Source of the DNA: Octopus vulgaris
Lineage: Eukaryota
Length of the DNA: 64,000 bases
Assembly: GCA_951406725.2 (NCBI GenBank)
Contig: OX597830.1
Coordinates: 36,518,001 to 36,582,000 of the forward strand
Reading direction: 5' to 3'
Positions 24,481 through 34,995 of the stretch are shown here, one piece after another. Under the pieces are notes generated by a model, which worked only from the letters and a program-made list of their open reading frames with translations, had not been told where the DNA came from and did no database searches. How positions within the stretch are numbered: the first letter of the stretch is position 1; each line of letters begins with the position of its first letter. Both the position numbers and the translations under genes were made by a program.

Positions 24481-24754
24481 TCCCATGCTGGGTTACCATT
24501 TTAGAAATCTGTGTTCATATCAGTGGTCACCATTTTAGATGTAATATGTTGTGGTATCATCTAATGAGACTCCATTCAGAAGGCTGTTATGTTATTGTGG
24601 TAGGAACCCGATAAAGAATGTATAAAACACAAGGTGGTAACTTTGAACACATTTATTGTGGTCACATGTATATACACGCAGGATGAATGGAGGTGGTTGA
24701 TGTGCATTTTTGTATGTATCTACAAGCATCTTTGTGGGTTGTATATAAGCTGTT

Positions 24755-25083
24755 GGGTGAGGGCGCGTGGCTTAGTGGTTAGGGCATTCGGCTCATGATC
24801 GTAAGGTTGTGAGTTCGATTCCCGGCGACGCGTTGTGTCCTTGAGCAAGACACTTTATTTCACGTTGCTCCAGTCCACTCAGCTGGCAAAAATGAGTTGT
24901 ACTTGTATTTCAAAGGGTCAGCCTTGTCACTCTCTGTGTCACGCTGATTATCCCCGAGAACTACGTTAAGGGTACACGTGTCTGTGGAATGCTCAGCCAT
25001 TTGCACGTTAATTTCACGAGCAAGCTGTTCCGTTGATCGTATCAGCTGGGACCCTCGTCGTCGTAACCGGCGGAGTCTTTAAG
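24755..25083 (+). mobile_element. tRNA-headed SINE family C
   Basis: Highly similar to 12763-13086; 12-bp TSD atataagctgtt. Confidence 0.85.
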
Positions 25084-26639
25084 ATATAAGCTGTTAACCC
25101 TGGTGAGAAGCTCATGAACAGCAATGTAGAAACCAGTGCAGTGTGTTGGTGAGAGACATCAGTGGTGGCAACAAAGATGGAGGTCGCTGCAATGTGGTCT
25201 GAGGTTAGACCTTAGAAGGTCTGGAACCGACAGATGCTGAGCCTAGGAAGAGGTAAGCTTTTATAGCTGACGGGTAGGCTCAAATGCTTGCTTGGAACAG
25301 ATTGTCTCACATAATTTATTTGCAGGTTGTGATTGGTTGGGTTGTATATTGGCACACAATGGAGTACGAGACAAATTGTACCAATATCAACCAATCAGAG
25401 TGGTAGACACAATGGGGTCCAAAACAGTGCCCAAAGGCTAGCTGTTACCAGCTACATTCGTATGTCTGTCATATAACAGAGGAAGCTCACTAGAGTTCGC
25501 TACAAACTTACACATACATGTATATACACACATATTACTATCATTTTAGCATCCACTTTGCCATGCTTGTATGAGTCAGACAGAATCGCTTGATACACAT
25601 TTTCTGAAGTTGGATGTTCTTCTTGTTTCTAACCTACACTTGTTTTAAAGTAAGGTAACACATATCTCATCATCATCATCGTTTACCGTCCGCTTTCCAT
25701 GCTAGCATGGATTGGACGATTTGACTGAGGACTGGCGAACCAGATGGCTGCACCATGCTCCAATCTGATCTGGCAGAGTTTCTACAACTGGATGCCCTTC
25801 CTAACACCAACCACCGAGAGTGTAGTGGGTGCTTTTATGTACCACCAGCACGAGAGCCAGTCAGACAGTATTGGCAATGGCCACGCTCAAATGGTGTTTT
25901 TTATATGCCACCTGCACAGGAGCCAGTCCAGCGGACCTGGCAACAACCTTGCTTTAATGTTTTTTCACATGCCACGCTTCATATATATATATATATACAC
26001 TGACAGGTTTTCAAGGAAGATTGGAAACAAGCAATATCATGTGTGTTGTGATTGACATCATGTGATAATTGTATGCAAGTGTCACCATCACACAAGCAGT
26101 GTCATTTCTTTCCAATCTTCCATGAAAACATGTCTGGCCAATGGGGAAATATTACCTTGCATGGAAACGAGTGAGGGTTGATGACAGGAAGGGCATCTGA
26201 CCATAGAAAATCAGCGTTGACAAAATCCATCTGACCCACAAAAACATAGAAAAGTGGATGTTAAAATTACGGCCATGCACATATTTGCTTACATATAAAT
26301 GTGTTTATATAAGTGCATGTGTGTGTGTGCAGGGGTGGGTCTAAGGAGGGGGTTAAAGAGCACATGCCCAAGAAAAGAAGTGCGCCCTTCTAAATAATGC
26401 TATTATGCCCTTTTCTCCTAGAATTGCATTCCCTTCTGACCTTGTGCCTTCTCTTCAAAAAATTCCTGGGACCGCACCTGGTGTGTGTATAAAAAATAAA
26501 GTGGTTTTGGTGAAGCATTGTATTGTATATATGTTTATAAATGTGCATATGTGTGTGTGAGTGTGTACATATATATATATATATATATAAGTCAAGCACT
26601 CGTAATTGACCCTATATTTACACATACATTTTTATTAAA

Positions 26640-27040
26640 TGGAATAGTATTGCAGACGAACTGGCATAAGACATTGTCTTGCAGACAACAACCGGAAAAT
26701 GAATGCGTCGAGCTGAAAATGACTCTTCTACAACGAAACTGTCACACAGACATATACATTGATGACAGATCCTCTGGCAGTTTATAATTGTAATTCCCCC
26801 CCTCCCCCACTCTAAATTAACGTGTGGATGAACATCCACATCAAGTGCTGCTAATGAAAATTCTCGAGGTGGAGTCACTATGACAATACGTGACAAGGCG
26901 AGAGCTTGAATTAAAGGTAACACGATCCACGCCACGAGCTTCCACACAAAGTTTCGGTCAACCCAGTTTTCAGTTGCAATGCCAGAGATGACCAGAGATG
27001 GCAGTAAAAGATAGTGGCCCAAAATGTCACACATACATAA

Positions 27041-27075
<35 letters not shown>

Positions 27076-27180
27076 GTGAGGTCGAACCTGGGACATGATA
27101 AACTTCTCAATCACTCAATAAGCTAAGTTTCCGTGACGCAAACACAGACATACACAACTTCATACGTATATAGATGTATG

Positions 27181-27256
<76 letters not shown>

Positions 27257-27897
27257 TACACACACACACATATATATATCGGATCGATCAGCCTATTGAT
27301 GTAGATTAATTAAATAATAAACCCTTTAAACACTATTTCACTTTACAAACGTCTAGTACTTAACTGTAGCTATTTCTCTTTCCACGGGCATATATATATA
27401 TGTAAAGGAAACAGCTGTGAAAGAAGAGATGTGAAATACGGATGAGATGGAGCCGTTTCGCTCATACACGCACAATACACACACCCACACACACGCATAT
27501 ACATGTATATAGTATGCATCATTCAGTAGCCTCGCCGAATGACCAGACATTATTATTAATCACCGTATCATCCCTTCTCGCGTGTTGTGGTAGCGACGAA
27601 TCGAAGAGAGGGATCCAGCCGGGATACGGGGGGTTATAAAATAAGAGAGAGAGAGCTAGCTTAAATTCTGCCGGTCCTTTCCTGGTCAAGTGCAAACATG
27701 AGCGCGCGGACGCGCGCGCGCGTGCAAGTGGAGTGATGTGACAGAGGAACGGCTCAGCAGACGTCTCGTAGAGGAGAGAGAGAGAGAGACTATACGAGTG
27801 TATGTGTGTGTATGTCTGCCGAACACCAATCCATACGAGTCTATATACATATACACAGATGTGTCACTAGGCACACACGTGTGTGTGTGTGTGTGTG

Positions 27898-27964
<67 letters not shown>

Positions 27965-28196
27965 TAAATAGATATAGACAGATTGATATATAGATAGATA
28001 GATGGATGGATGGATGGATGGATGGATAGATAGATGGATGGATAGATAGATAGATAGATAGATAGATAGACAGATAGATAGATGGACAGATAGAGAGATA
28101 GATAGATAGATAGATCGATAGATGGCCTGAGCTGACAGTAAAAGACAGTGGCCCAAAATGTCACACATACATATACACACAGTGAGATCGAACATG

Positions 28197-28233
<37 letters not shown>

Positions 28234-28870
28234 ATCGCCCATTAACATGTGCATGCACACTTATTTGCCAATACACACACACTCTCTCTCTCTCTTTGGA
28301 TATATATATATGTAATGCATATGTCTATGCACACATACACATATGTGTGTGTGTGTGTGCGTGCATAGAGATAGTCAGAGAAAGCGATGGTGGTGCAGAC
28401 ACAGTAGATATAATTAATAAATTTGGATATATGATAACATTACACTGCATAGACGAGCTGGATAACATGACAGTCGAGCCATTTTTGTAATATGACATGG
28501 ATGGCATGCAGCTGTTAAAGTATATTTCAGTATGTATGTAAGTTTATGATGCACGCGCGTATGTGTGTGTGTGTGTGTATAATACATAAGTGTGTGTGAC
28601 TTATGTGTAGACGTATAGATGTGCGATAGATAGATAGATAGATAGATAGGTAGATAGGTACATGTGACCAGCTGTGTTCAATACCGGCAAAAGCTATCAG
28701 ACACCACGCCTTCATAACAAGCAAAGCAAGGCGGAGAACTGGCTGCAAGACAGCAGTCGCGTTGACAATTTGCGGACATGATCGTGTAAAGACGATCATT
28801 TCTGTGTACACAAACTTAAATTGTTCAGATTCGAGGGTATATAAGAGAAAAGAGATTGTGTGAAGTTTGT
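26640..28870 (+). pseudogene. Highly decayed hAT (Charlie/ZBED-type) transposase relic broken up by microsatellites
   Basis: Collinear weak motifs: IADELA*DI, LQ....TDI, TSSAAN.NSRGGV...IRDKA, and ENWLQDSSRVDNL...DHF..HKLKL..EG. The order matches Charlie-type transposases, but the similarity is faint. Confidence 0.35.
27878..28124. repeat. Compound microsatellite (GT)n(AT)n(AG)n(GATA/GGAT)n
   Basis: Directly visible. Confidence 0.95.
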
Positions 28871-29244
28871 GTGTTTCTAATTAACATCACTGATTGAAAT
28901 AACAACAGCTTTACAACCAGGAAACGAAACCGGGTCGCAGACTCGGTTCGCCGGGAGCTTACCCCACCACCGTTATCTGTCCGCTGCGCTCCGCCACTCA
29001 TCCGTGCAATAATATTAAATATACCTCGGTCTAAAAGCACAATGCATGTCATGCCAAAACAGCGTTGAAAGAAAGACGATGTACAACTATTTCCAACAGA
29101 AATGTGAATGTAAACAAACTTGTTTTCAAGTGAAGTGATTCAAGCAAGGAGTGATGGATCTGAGCGTAAGTCGGGCCGGGGCCTCGGTTCAATTTGTTAT
29201 TACCGAGGAAAGAATACAGAAATAGGAGGAGCGGAAAAACCTAC

Positions 29245-29344
29245 CTAAATGAGTGTCTTCTATATGTTGTATGAGTTCTGTTAATGTCGTAAATCGCAGT
29301 CCGCATCCTTGAAATTGACAGTTATTAATCAGAAACACCGCCAT
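29245..29344 (-). CDS. JAZF1: JAZF1 coding exon 1 (first C2H2 zinc finger)
   Basis: Manual translation MAVFLINNCQFQGCGLRFTTLTELIQHIEDTHL matches the JAZF1 N-terminal finger (CxxxGCGLxFxTLxxLIxHIEDxH). ATG at 29344, donor G|GTAGGT, 100 nt, phase 1. Confidence 0.95.
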
Positions 29345-29620
29345 TTGCCAACTTCTACAGACTCAAGGTAGCCATATGCACGCAGGCCGCTACGCATGTG
29401 GTTGACGGAACTCATTCGTGAGTTTCCGTCATGAAATGTAAAATGACAATATTTTATTTTTATTTTAATTAAATATATATGCTATGCATTTAATTTCATG
29501 GACAAATCTGTCAACTTTAACAATAAATATTAATAATAAAAAAAAAATATTCTCAAACTAGGCCTAGTCTCGAAACGAATTGAAATAGCTGTCTTACGCA
29601 TGCGTGAGTTGGTCTCTCCC
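29345..29620. promoter_or_regulatory. Bidirectional promoter region between JAZF1 and ATP synthase subunit c
   Basis: Short head-to-head interval with an AT-rich core (29450-29550). NRF1-like palindrome ACGCATGCGT at 29596-29605 and a weaker copy at 29391-29400. YY1-like AAATGGCGG overlaps the JAZF1 ATG. Pyrimidine-rich initiator-like CTCTCCCTCTT at about 29614. Confidence 0.8.
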
Positions 29621-29694
29621 TCTTGACTTGATCAATCAGTCTGTCGAGTCGTGTCTGCGGTAAAGCTACCCTGATCAATCCATCTTATTAACTG
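29614..29694 (+). other. ATP5MC: Probable non-coding first exon of the ATP synthase subunit c gene
   Basis: Pyrimidine-rich start, candidate donors G|GTAAAG (29660) and G|GTAAAT (29695), strong acceptor ttttcttcag| at 29884 just before the ATG exon. Exact ends are uncertain. Confidence 0.55.
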
Positions 29695-29917
29695 GTAAAT
29701 TTTTGCCATCATTATTTCTTACTTGGATTTTAGAAAAGCTTTTGCATTCAACATTCAATTGTTTAAGAAAAAAATATAACAGTTACTATCTTTTATTACA
29801 GTTTCTTCGGATTTTCCCCCTTGTTCTGTATCCTCCAACTAACCTTCAGCCGGCATTTTTTTCTTTCTTTTTTATTTTCTTCAGGTTTACCTTGGGTAAA
29901 ACTCACTGTTGAGAAAT

Positions 29918-29962
29918 ATGTACGCCTGCACCAGATACATCCCCTCGGCTACTCGCTGCATG
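29918..29962 (+). CDS. ATP5MC: ATP synthase F0 subunit c (lipid-binding protein), coding exon 1, mitochondrial presequence
   Basis: MYACTRYIPSATRCM resembles the MFACxKF(V/I) start of metazoan subunit c precursors; donor ATG|GTTCGT, phase 0. Confidence 0.88.
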
Positions 29963-32847
29963 GTTCGTAATATACATTTTATCTCATTAAATCCAATTAT
30001 TCATTATCATTTTCCTCAATTATTAATGCATGCCAATTGAAAATTTTCAGTTCTTTTGAAGGTCAAATTTATATTCTCATCGGTCCTATATATATATATA
30101 TTTCCCCTCCATTCTAGTAAGCAATATTTTATTTCTTCCCCCTCAAGGGCAAATTGTTTTTGCTAATATGATATTAACCTTACCTTCATTGCTTTATCGT
30201 TACCTCTTCACACCAAGTCATTTATTTCAGATACCTGTCTCTTAATATTTCACCTAATTTAAATCACACACCCTATTTTCCACTGTTCTACTTTCATCCT
30301 GTTTTAAATCCTGTCGCGTGTAGTCTTTTGTTATAATATACTTATTTACTGCTCTAATAGGATTATGTAGAAATATATTTAACAAAAAGATCGACGTTTT
30401 GTGCTGAAATTTCCTCTTTAATCGATGTCATATCGCTTGATTTAATTTCTGTTTAATCAGTTCGCTTTGCCCTTTATACGAATCTCTGATATTCATAAAA
30501 GATGTTTTTCAAGTAGCAATTACCCAAATGAACCGTAGCTGGTGCATTCTTAGTGCCCAGTTTATCTGATCCTGCGATTCCAGTTTCGATTGCTAATAGA
30601 AAAACTCTACTCTTTTAAATCTGTTGTCCTTGGGAGAGGCATATATGTCCCAACACCCTCTATTTTCTTCTGCAGAGATTTTAAGCTGTTATGTTGATGT
30701 AGTAGGCAGTACTCTGCAGCATTTTAGTCTCGACCAGATTGTGTGACACGGTTTCGTTTCCCCTCTCGGCTTTTTCGTTCAATCTTGCTTATCTAACGCC
30801 CTTGAGGAAGTCACGAACCTCACAACCCTTTGTGGTTATAATCTAAACTACCATTACATGCTGTTAATTTTCCAATGCCCTTCAGAAAGTCATGAATGCC
30901 ACATAATTCATTTTCTTTTTACCTCCCACTTTCCTTCCAAATGTGCTTTTTCATATGCTTACGTGAAAGCTGAATATATTTCGATTTTTTTCTCACCAGT
31001 GTAACGTAACCTGACTGTATAACCTTTTATCAATGGGGGATAGGGAATATACATTAGATTCCTTTATATATACATATTATATAATGTCTCCAATGTGTGT
31101 ATGTCTTTGTGTATATATATAACCTCTTACTGTGTGTGTAAATGCTTGTTGTCTCCATGAGTCCTAATGAATCTCATTTAGTGATTTTTTTCCACTGAGG
31201 TCACCTCCCAACTCCATATAATTTAACCACAAATCTAGAGTAACCTCCCTTCAAGGTAGCCTCTACGTGGTCGCAGTACCGTCTTAAAATGTGGGGGAGG
31301 AGGGCACATTGCATAATGTATTTCTACACCTCCAACACCCCTTTAAAAGACGTGATGTTCACGGTTGGCTGGTAATGCATTTTGCCAGGTTGGCTTGATC
31401 CAGAATTTGCCAGAGGCTAAGCTTTAATTTGGGGCAATGTAGTAACTGTCTTAAATATGGTGGCTTCATCTGCTAGAAATAGCAGTTAAATTGCAAGTGA
31501 AAAATACACTGGGTAATGTAACCCCGGGTACCATTGAGAAAATAAATGGGTTCCGGTTGCCATAACTTTGATTATAGATCTGTCCTACAATGAGGGGGTT
31601 TAGACATTTTTATTGATTTCGTAACCCTCCGTTTGTCTTTCGTTCTGTCTGCATTTTTTGTATATCTTTCTATCATTCTGTACTTGTCTTTCACTCCCTC
31701 GTTTTTTTGTTTTTTTTCTCTGTATTTGTCCCAGATTTAACCCTAAACAGTCATGTGTTCAATAAGAAACCTTAGCTATTTACTTGGTTTTCCTTTTTCC
31801 CCATGCAGTCAACAAAACCGTTCGTTGTTTACGAAGGTCACTTAAGGTCACACCTAAAAATGCCCTTTTTTCCTTAATTTCACCTCGAACAATTTGTCTT
31901 AATTAGCAGTTTCACCTGTGTCATTGAAATGTCCTAGAAACCGAATTGCTTAAGTTATCTTGTCTTAAGTTTACTTTGAGTTTTTTTTTTTTTATCTGTT
32001 AATCATTTCGACAAAAGTCAAATTCTCGTGATTGTTGTTGGTCACACTATTCGCTTCATCTTGACTAATTTCATACCGCATTGCGTTGTTTCATAATTTG
32101 ATATATCTGAGAGAATTACAACTAAGAGTAAACGAATATGGACAAAGAATTTTTAAATCTAGTCTTACTAGAATTTTTAAATAGATTTTCTCATTGTTTT
32201 TTTTTTAAAAAAAAAGACAGCTATGTTGGTCGGACAGTAATTTTTTTAATTAGTAAATAAATTAGTTTTCTTTAAATTTTTCTAAGCGGTAATAATCATT
32301 TAGCGACATGACTGAAAATGAATCTGACAATTATTATTGATCAGACATTACATAACGTGATGGCTACTTGTTAAATGATAGCTTTCGAATATCTTCGAAT
32401 TTTTACGGTCGCGCAAGTACTCGGTCAGGATAACCTCTACAGCCGTACCTCGTTCGGAATTTTGGACCAGCCGCCTCCTAAGGACCCATACCTCATTAGA
32501 AAGAAAAAGATAACATGCTTTTGGGCATAAATATAAAATTAACTTTCAGAATCGTAATTTCCCTTGTTTGTAATCAAGGATTATTTAAAACATGAAAAAA
32601 AATATCCTTTTCTTTTATCATGAAATATGGAATTTCGAAGTAAATTCATTCTCACTTCAAAAACTGATGGTGGGGGGCTGCTGTTTCTAGCGGTTTGAGT
32701 AGTGGGGTTTCTAATTTTCAAGGTGATAGCTTGCTGTCACTAGCATTTGGCATGATTTTCCCCCACCCCATCTATTTTAAATTGTACTTACATTCTCTTT
32801 TTGAATTTTTATTGATCTTTTAATTTCATTCTTTTTCTACATTCTAG

Positions 32848-32907
32848 CTTACCAGCAGCAGGTCGGCTCTGAGACCTCTAGGTTCCACTGTGATACCAAT
32901 GCAAGAG
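32848..32907 (+). CDS. ATP5MC: ATP synthase subunit c, coding exon 2 (presequence)
   Basis: ttctag| LTSSRSALRPLGSTVIPMQE |gtaagc. 60 nt, phase 0-0; contains the typical LRPL(S) presequence motif. Confidence 0.88.
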
Positions 32908-33282
32908 GTAAGCTTTATTAAAACTTTTGTTTTGGAGTTTTTTTGTTACCCACTAAAGTTGGATTTTGCATAACTAATGTTACAGAGGATAGTTCTTTAC
33001 AAGTGGTCTAATGCACCTTTGTCAATGTTATGAATAGATTTCACCCCCATCCACCCCCTTGTTCATATTTGATGTTTACACATTTGAGGTCAAAGCACAT
33101 TGAGTTGGGAATCAAAATTAAATCTGTTCATCACCCTTCTATTCTTGGCACAAGGGCTGAAATTTTGGAAGGGGCCAGTCAATTAGATCGACTCCAGTAT
33201 TCAACTGGTACTTAATTTATTGATCCCAAAAGAACAAAAGGCAAGTGGAATTTGAACTCGCAACATAAAGACAAACGAAATA

Positions 33283-33497
33283 CCTATTTCTTTACTACCC
33301 ACAAGGGGCTAAACACAGAGGACAAACAAGGACAGACAAACGGATTAAGTCGATTATATCAACCCCAGTGCATAACTGGTACTTAATTTATTGACCCCGA
33401 AAGGATGAAGGGCAAAGTCAACCTCAGCGGAATTTGAACCCAAAATATGGCTAAGCATTTCGCCTGGCAGGCTAACGTTTCTGCCAGCTCGCCGCCT
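33283..33497 (-). mobile_element. SINE family D (Nin/Deu-like central domain) in a subunit c intron
   Basis: Core GAGGT(C/T)GACTTTGCC.TTCATCCTTTCGGGGTC.ATAAATTAAGTACCAG resembles the Nin/Deu SINE domain (from memory). Other copies at about 13930, 14630, 35823, 40520, 40945, 43505, 46880, 50330 and 57790. Confidence 0.75.
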
Positions 33498-33991
33498 TTC
33501 GTCACCCTTGAACGGTTGACATAAACCTTTATACTTAATTTATGTTAATATTTTAACATGCTGTGATCAAATAACATGTGGGTCTTACATGTAGATATTC
33601 AATAGGTGTTAAGTTGTATATTACATAGATTTTAACAAAGTATTCATTATTGTTCATGTTTTCCATTCTGGCATGGGTTGGACGGTTTGACAGGTGCTGT
33701 TCAGACTCCAAATTGCCTGTTGTGGCATGGTGTCTATGGCTGGATGCCCTTCCTAACAACAACCACCACCACTTTACAGTGGCTGCATTAACACAGCACT
33801 GGCATGAATGCATTTTACATGGTACTAGCACCTGTAAAGGACAAGCCAGCATTTATGGCTGACACCGATGTTACGTGGTGATGGCACCTGTAGAGGACAA
33901 GCTTGTATGTATGGATGACAGAAATTTTACTTGGCTTGATGCATCTTCTCAATCTAAATCATTACAAATAGTTTTTTATTTTATTTTTCAG

Positions 33992-34081
33992 AACTCACAG
34001 TCTCAATCTCTTGTGCCATTGGCTAGCTGCACTAGCTTTTCTATTTCACAATCACAAATGCTTTCAATAATTCAGAACCAG
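33992..34081 (+). CDS. ATP5MC: ATP synthase subunit c, coding exon 3 (presequence)
   Basis: tttttcag| NSQSQSLVPLASCTSFSISQSQMLSIIQNQ |gtttgt. 90 nt, phase 0-0, Ser/Gln-rich with no acidic residues. Confidence 0.8.
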
Positions 34082-34208
34082 GTTTGTCATGCTTTACTCT
34101 TTTATTTTTTTTTTTTCTTTGCAATTATTCTTTGCTCATTTTTTTAGCATAGATTTATCATCTCACCTGGCTCATGCTACATATTTGATTAATTTTCTAC
34201 TGCAACAG

Positions 34209-34305
34209 GTACGATTTTTCCAGACCAGCTCTGTACGAAACGATATTGATCAGGCAGCAAAATACATTGGTGCTGGAGCAGCTACAGTTGGGGCTGCAGG
34301 TTCAG
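34209..34305 (+). CDS. ATP5MC: ATP synthase subunit c, coding exon 4 (processing site and mature N-terminus)
   Basis: VRFFQTSSVRN-DIDQAAKYIGAGAATVGAAGS(G), with the RxFQTS processing motif and DIDxAAK mature start; donor G|GTCAGT. Confidence 0.97.
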
Positions 34306-34553
34306 GTCAGTGAATTAAATTACACCCTATCTAGTCCCCATCTCTTTAAACTCATTTTAATTAGATAGCCAAAAATTAGTCTGTTTACATTGGGCTTTTT
34401 TTTTTTCAAACTCCAAACTTTATTAGTGTGAACATCATGTAGATATGGGTGTTAAGAATTTTCCCTGTAAACCTTCTAGGGGTTGACTATTAGGGACTTA
34501 AATTGTTTATACTTTTAGATTAATTTAAAAGAAAAACCCTTTTCTCATTGTAG

Positions 34554-34717
34554 GTGCTGGTATTGGAAGTGTATTTGGAAACTTAGTAATTGGTTATGCC
34601 AGAAATCCATCTCTGAAACAACAGCTGTTTTCATATGCCATTTTGGGATTTGCTCTGTCAGAAGCCATGGGTCTCTTTTGTTTGATGATGGCTTTCCTTA
34701 TTCTTTTTGCATTTTAA
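34554..34717 (+). CDS. ATP5MC: ATP synthase subunit c, last coding exon
   Basis: [53 protein letters not shown]. Contains the RNP loop, Lys43 and proton-binding Glu58; the mature protein is 75 aa. Confidence 0.98.
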
Positions 34718-34989
34718 CCTTCAGTTAAATCTTTAATTCAGAGCATGATTGCAGTTTGTAAGAAGAAAGTATATTGGAAAAAAAACAAAAAAAAAAAACC
34801 GAAACAATAAAACTCACCAAAGTGAACCTCTTCGGCACTAGTGCCTTGGAGTGGAGTAATTCACAGTGAAAAGAATAAGTGATGGCGCGACTTTCATCTT
34901 GGCGGCATATTTCACTACATAAAATCACGTTGACAGTTAGTGAAGAGCAGTCATTCTAATTTAGTAGAAACGGTTAACATTTTTGAAAT

Positions 34990-34995
34990 AATAAA
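34990..34995 (+). terminator. Likely polyadenylation signal of the subunit c gene
   Basis: AATAAA followed by a T/GT-rich tract (35010-35040); a second AATAAA lies at 34806-34811. Confidence 0.6.

Noticed and set aside
25096-25500. Possible Gypsy integrase or LTR fragment
   Set aside because: No unambiguous protein motif or paired LTRs seen.
27686-28490. Overlapping 110-198 aa ORFs
   Set aside because: Dominated by GATA/AT/GT microsatellite translations.
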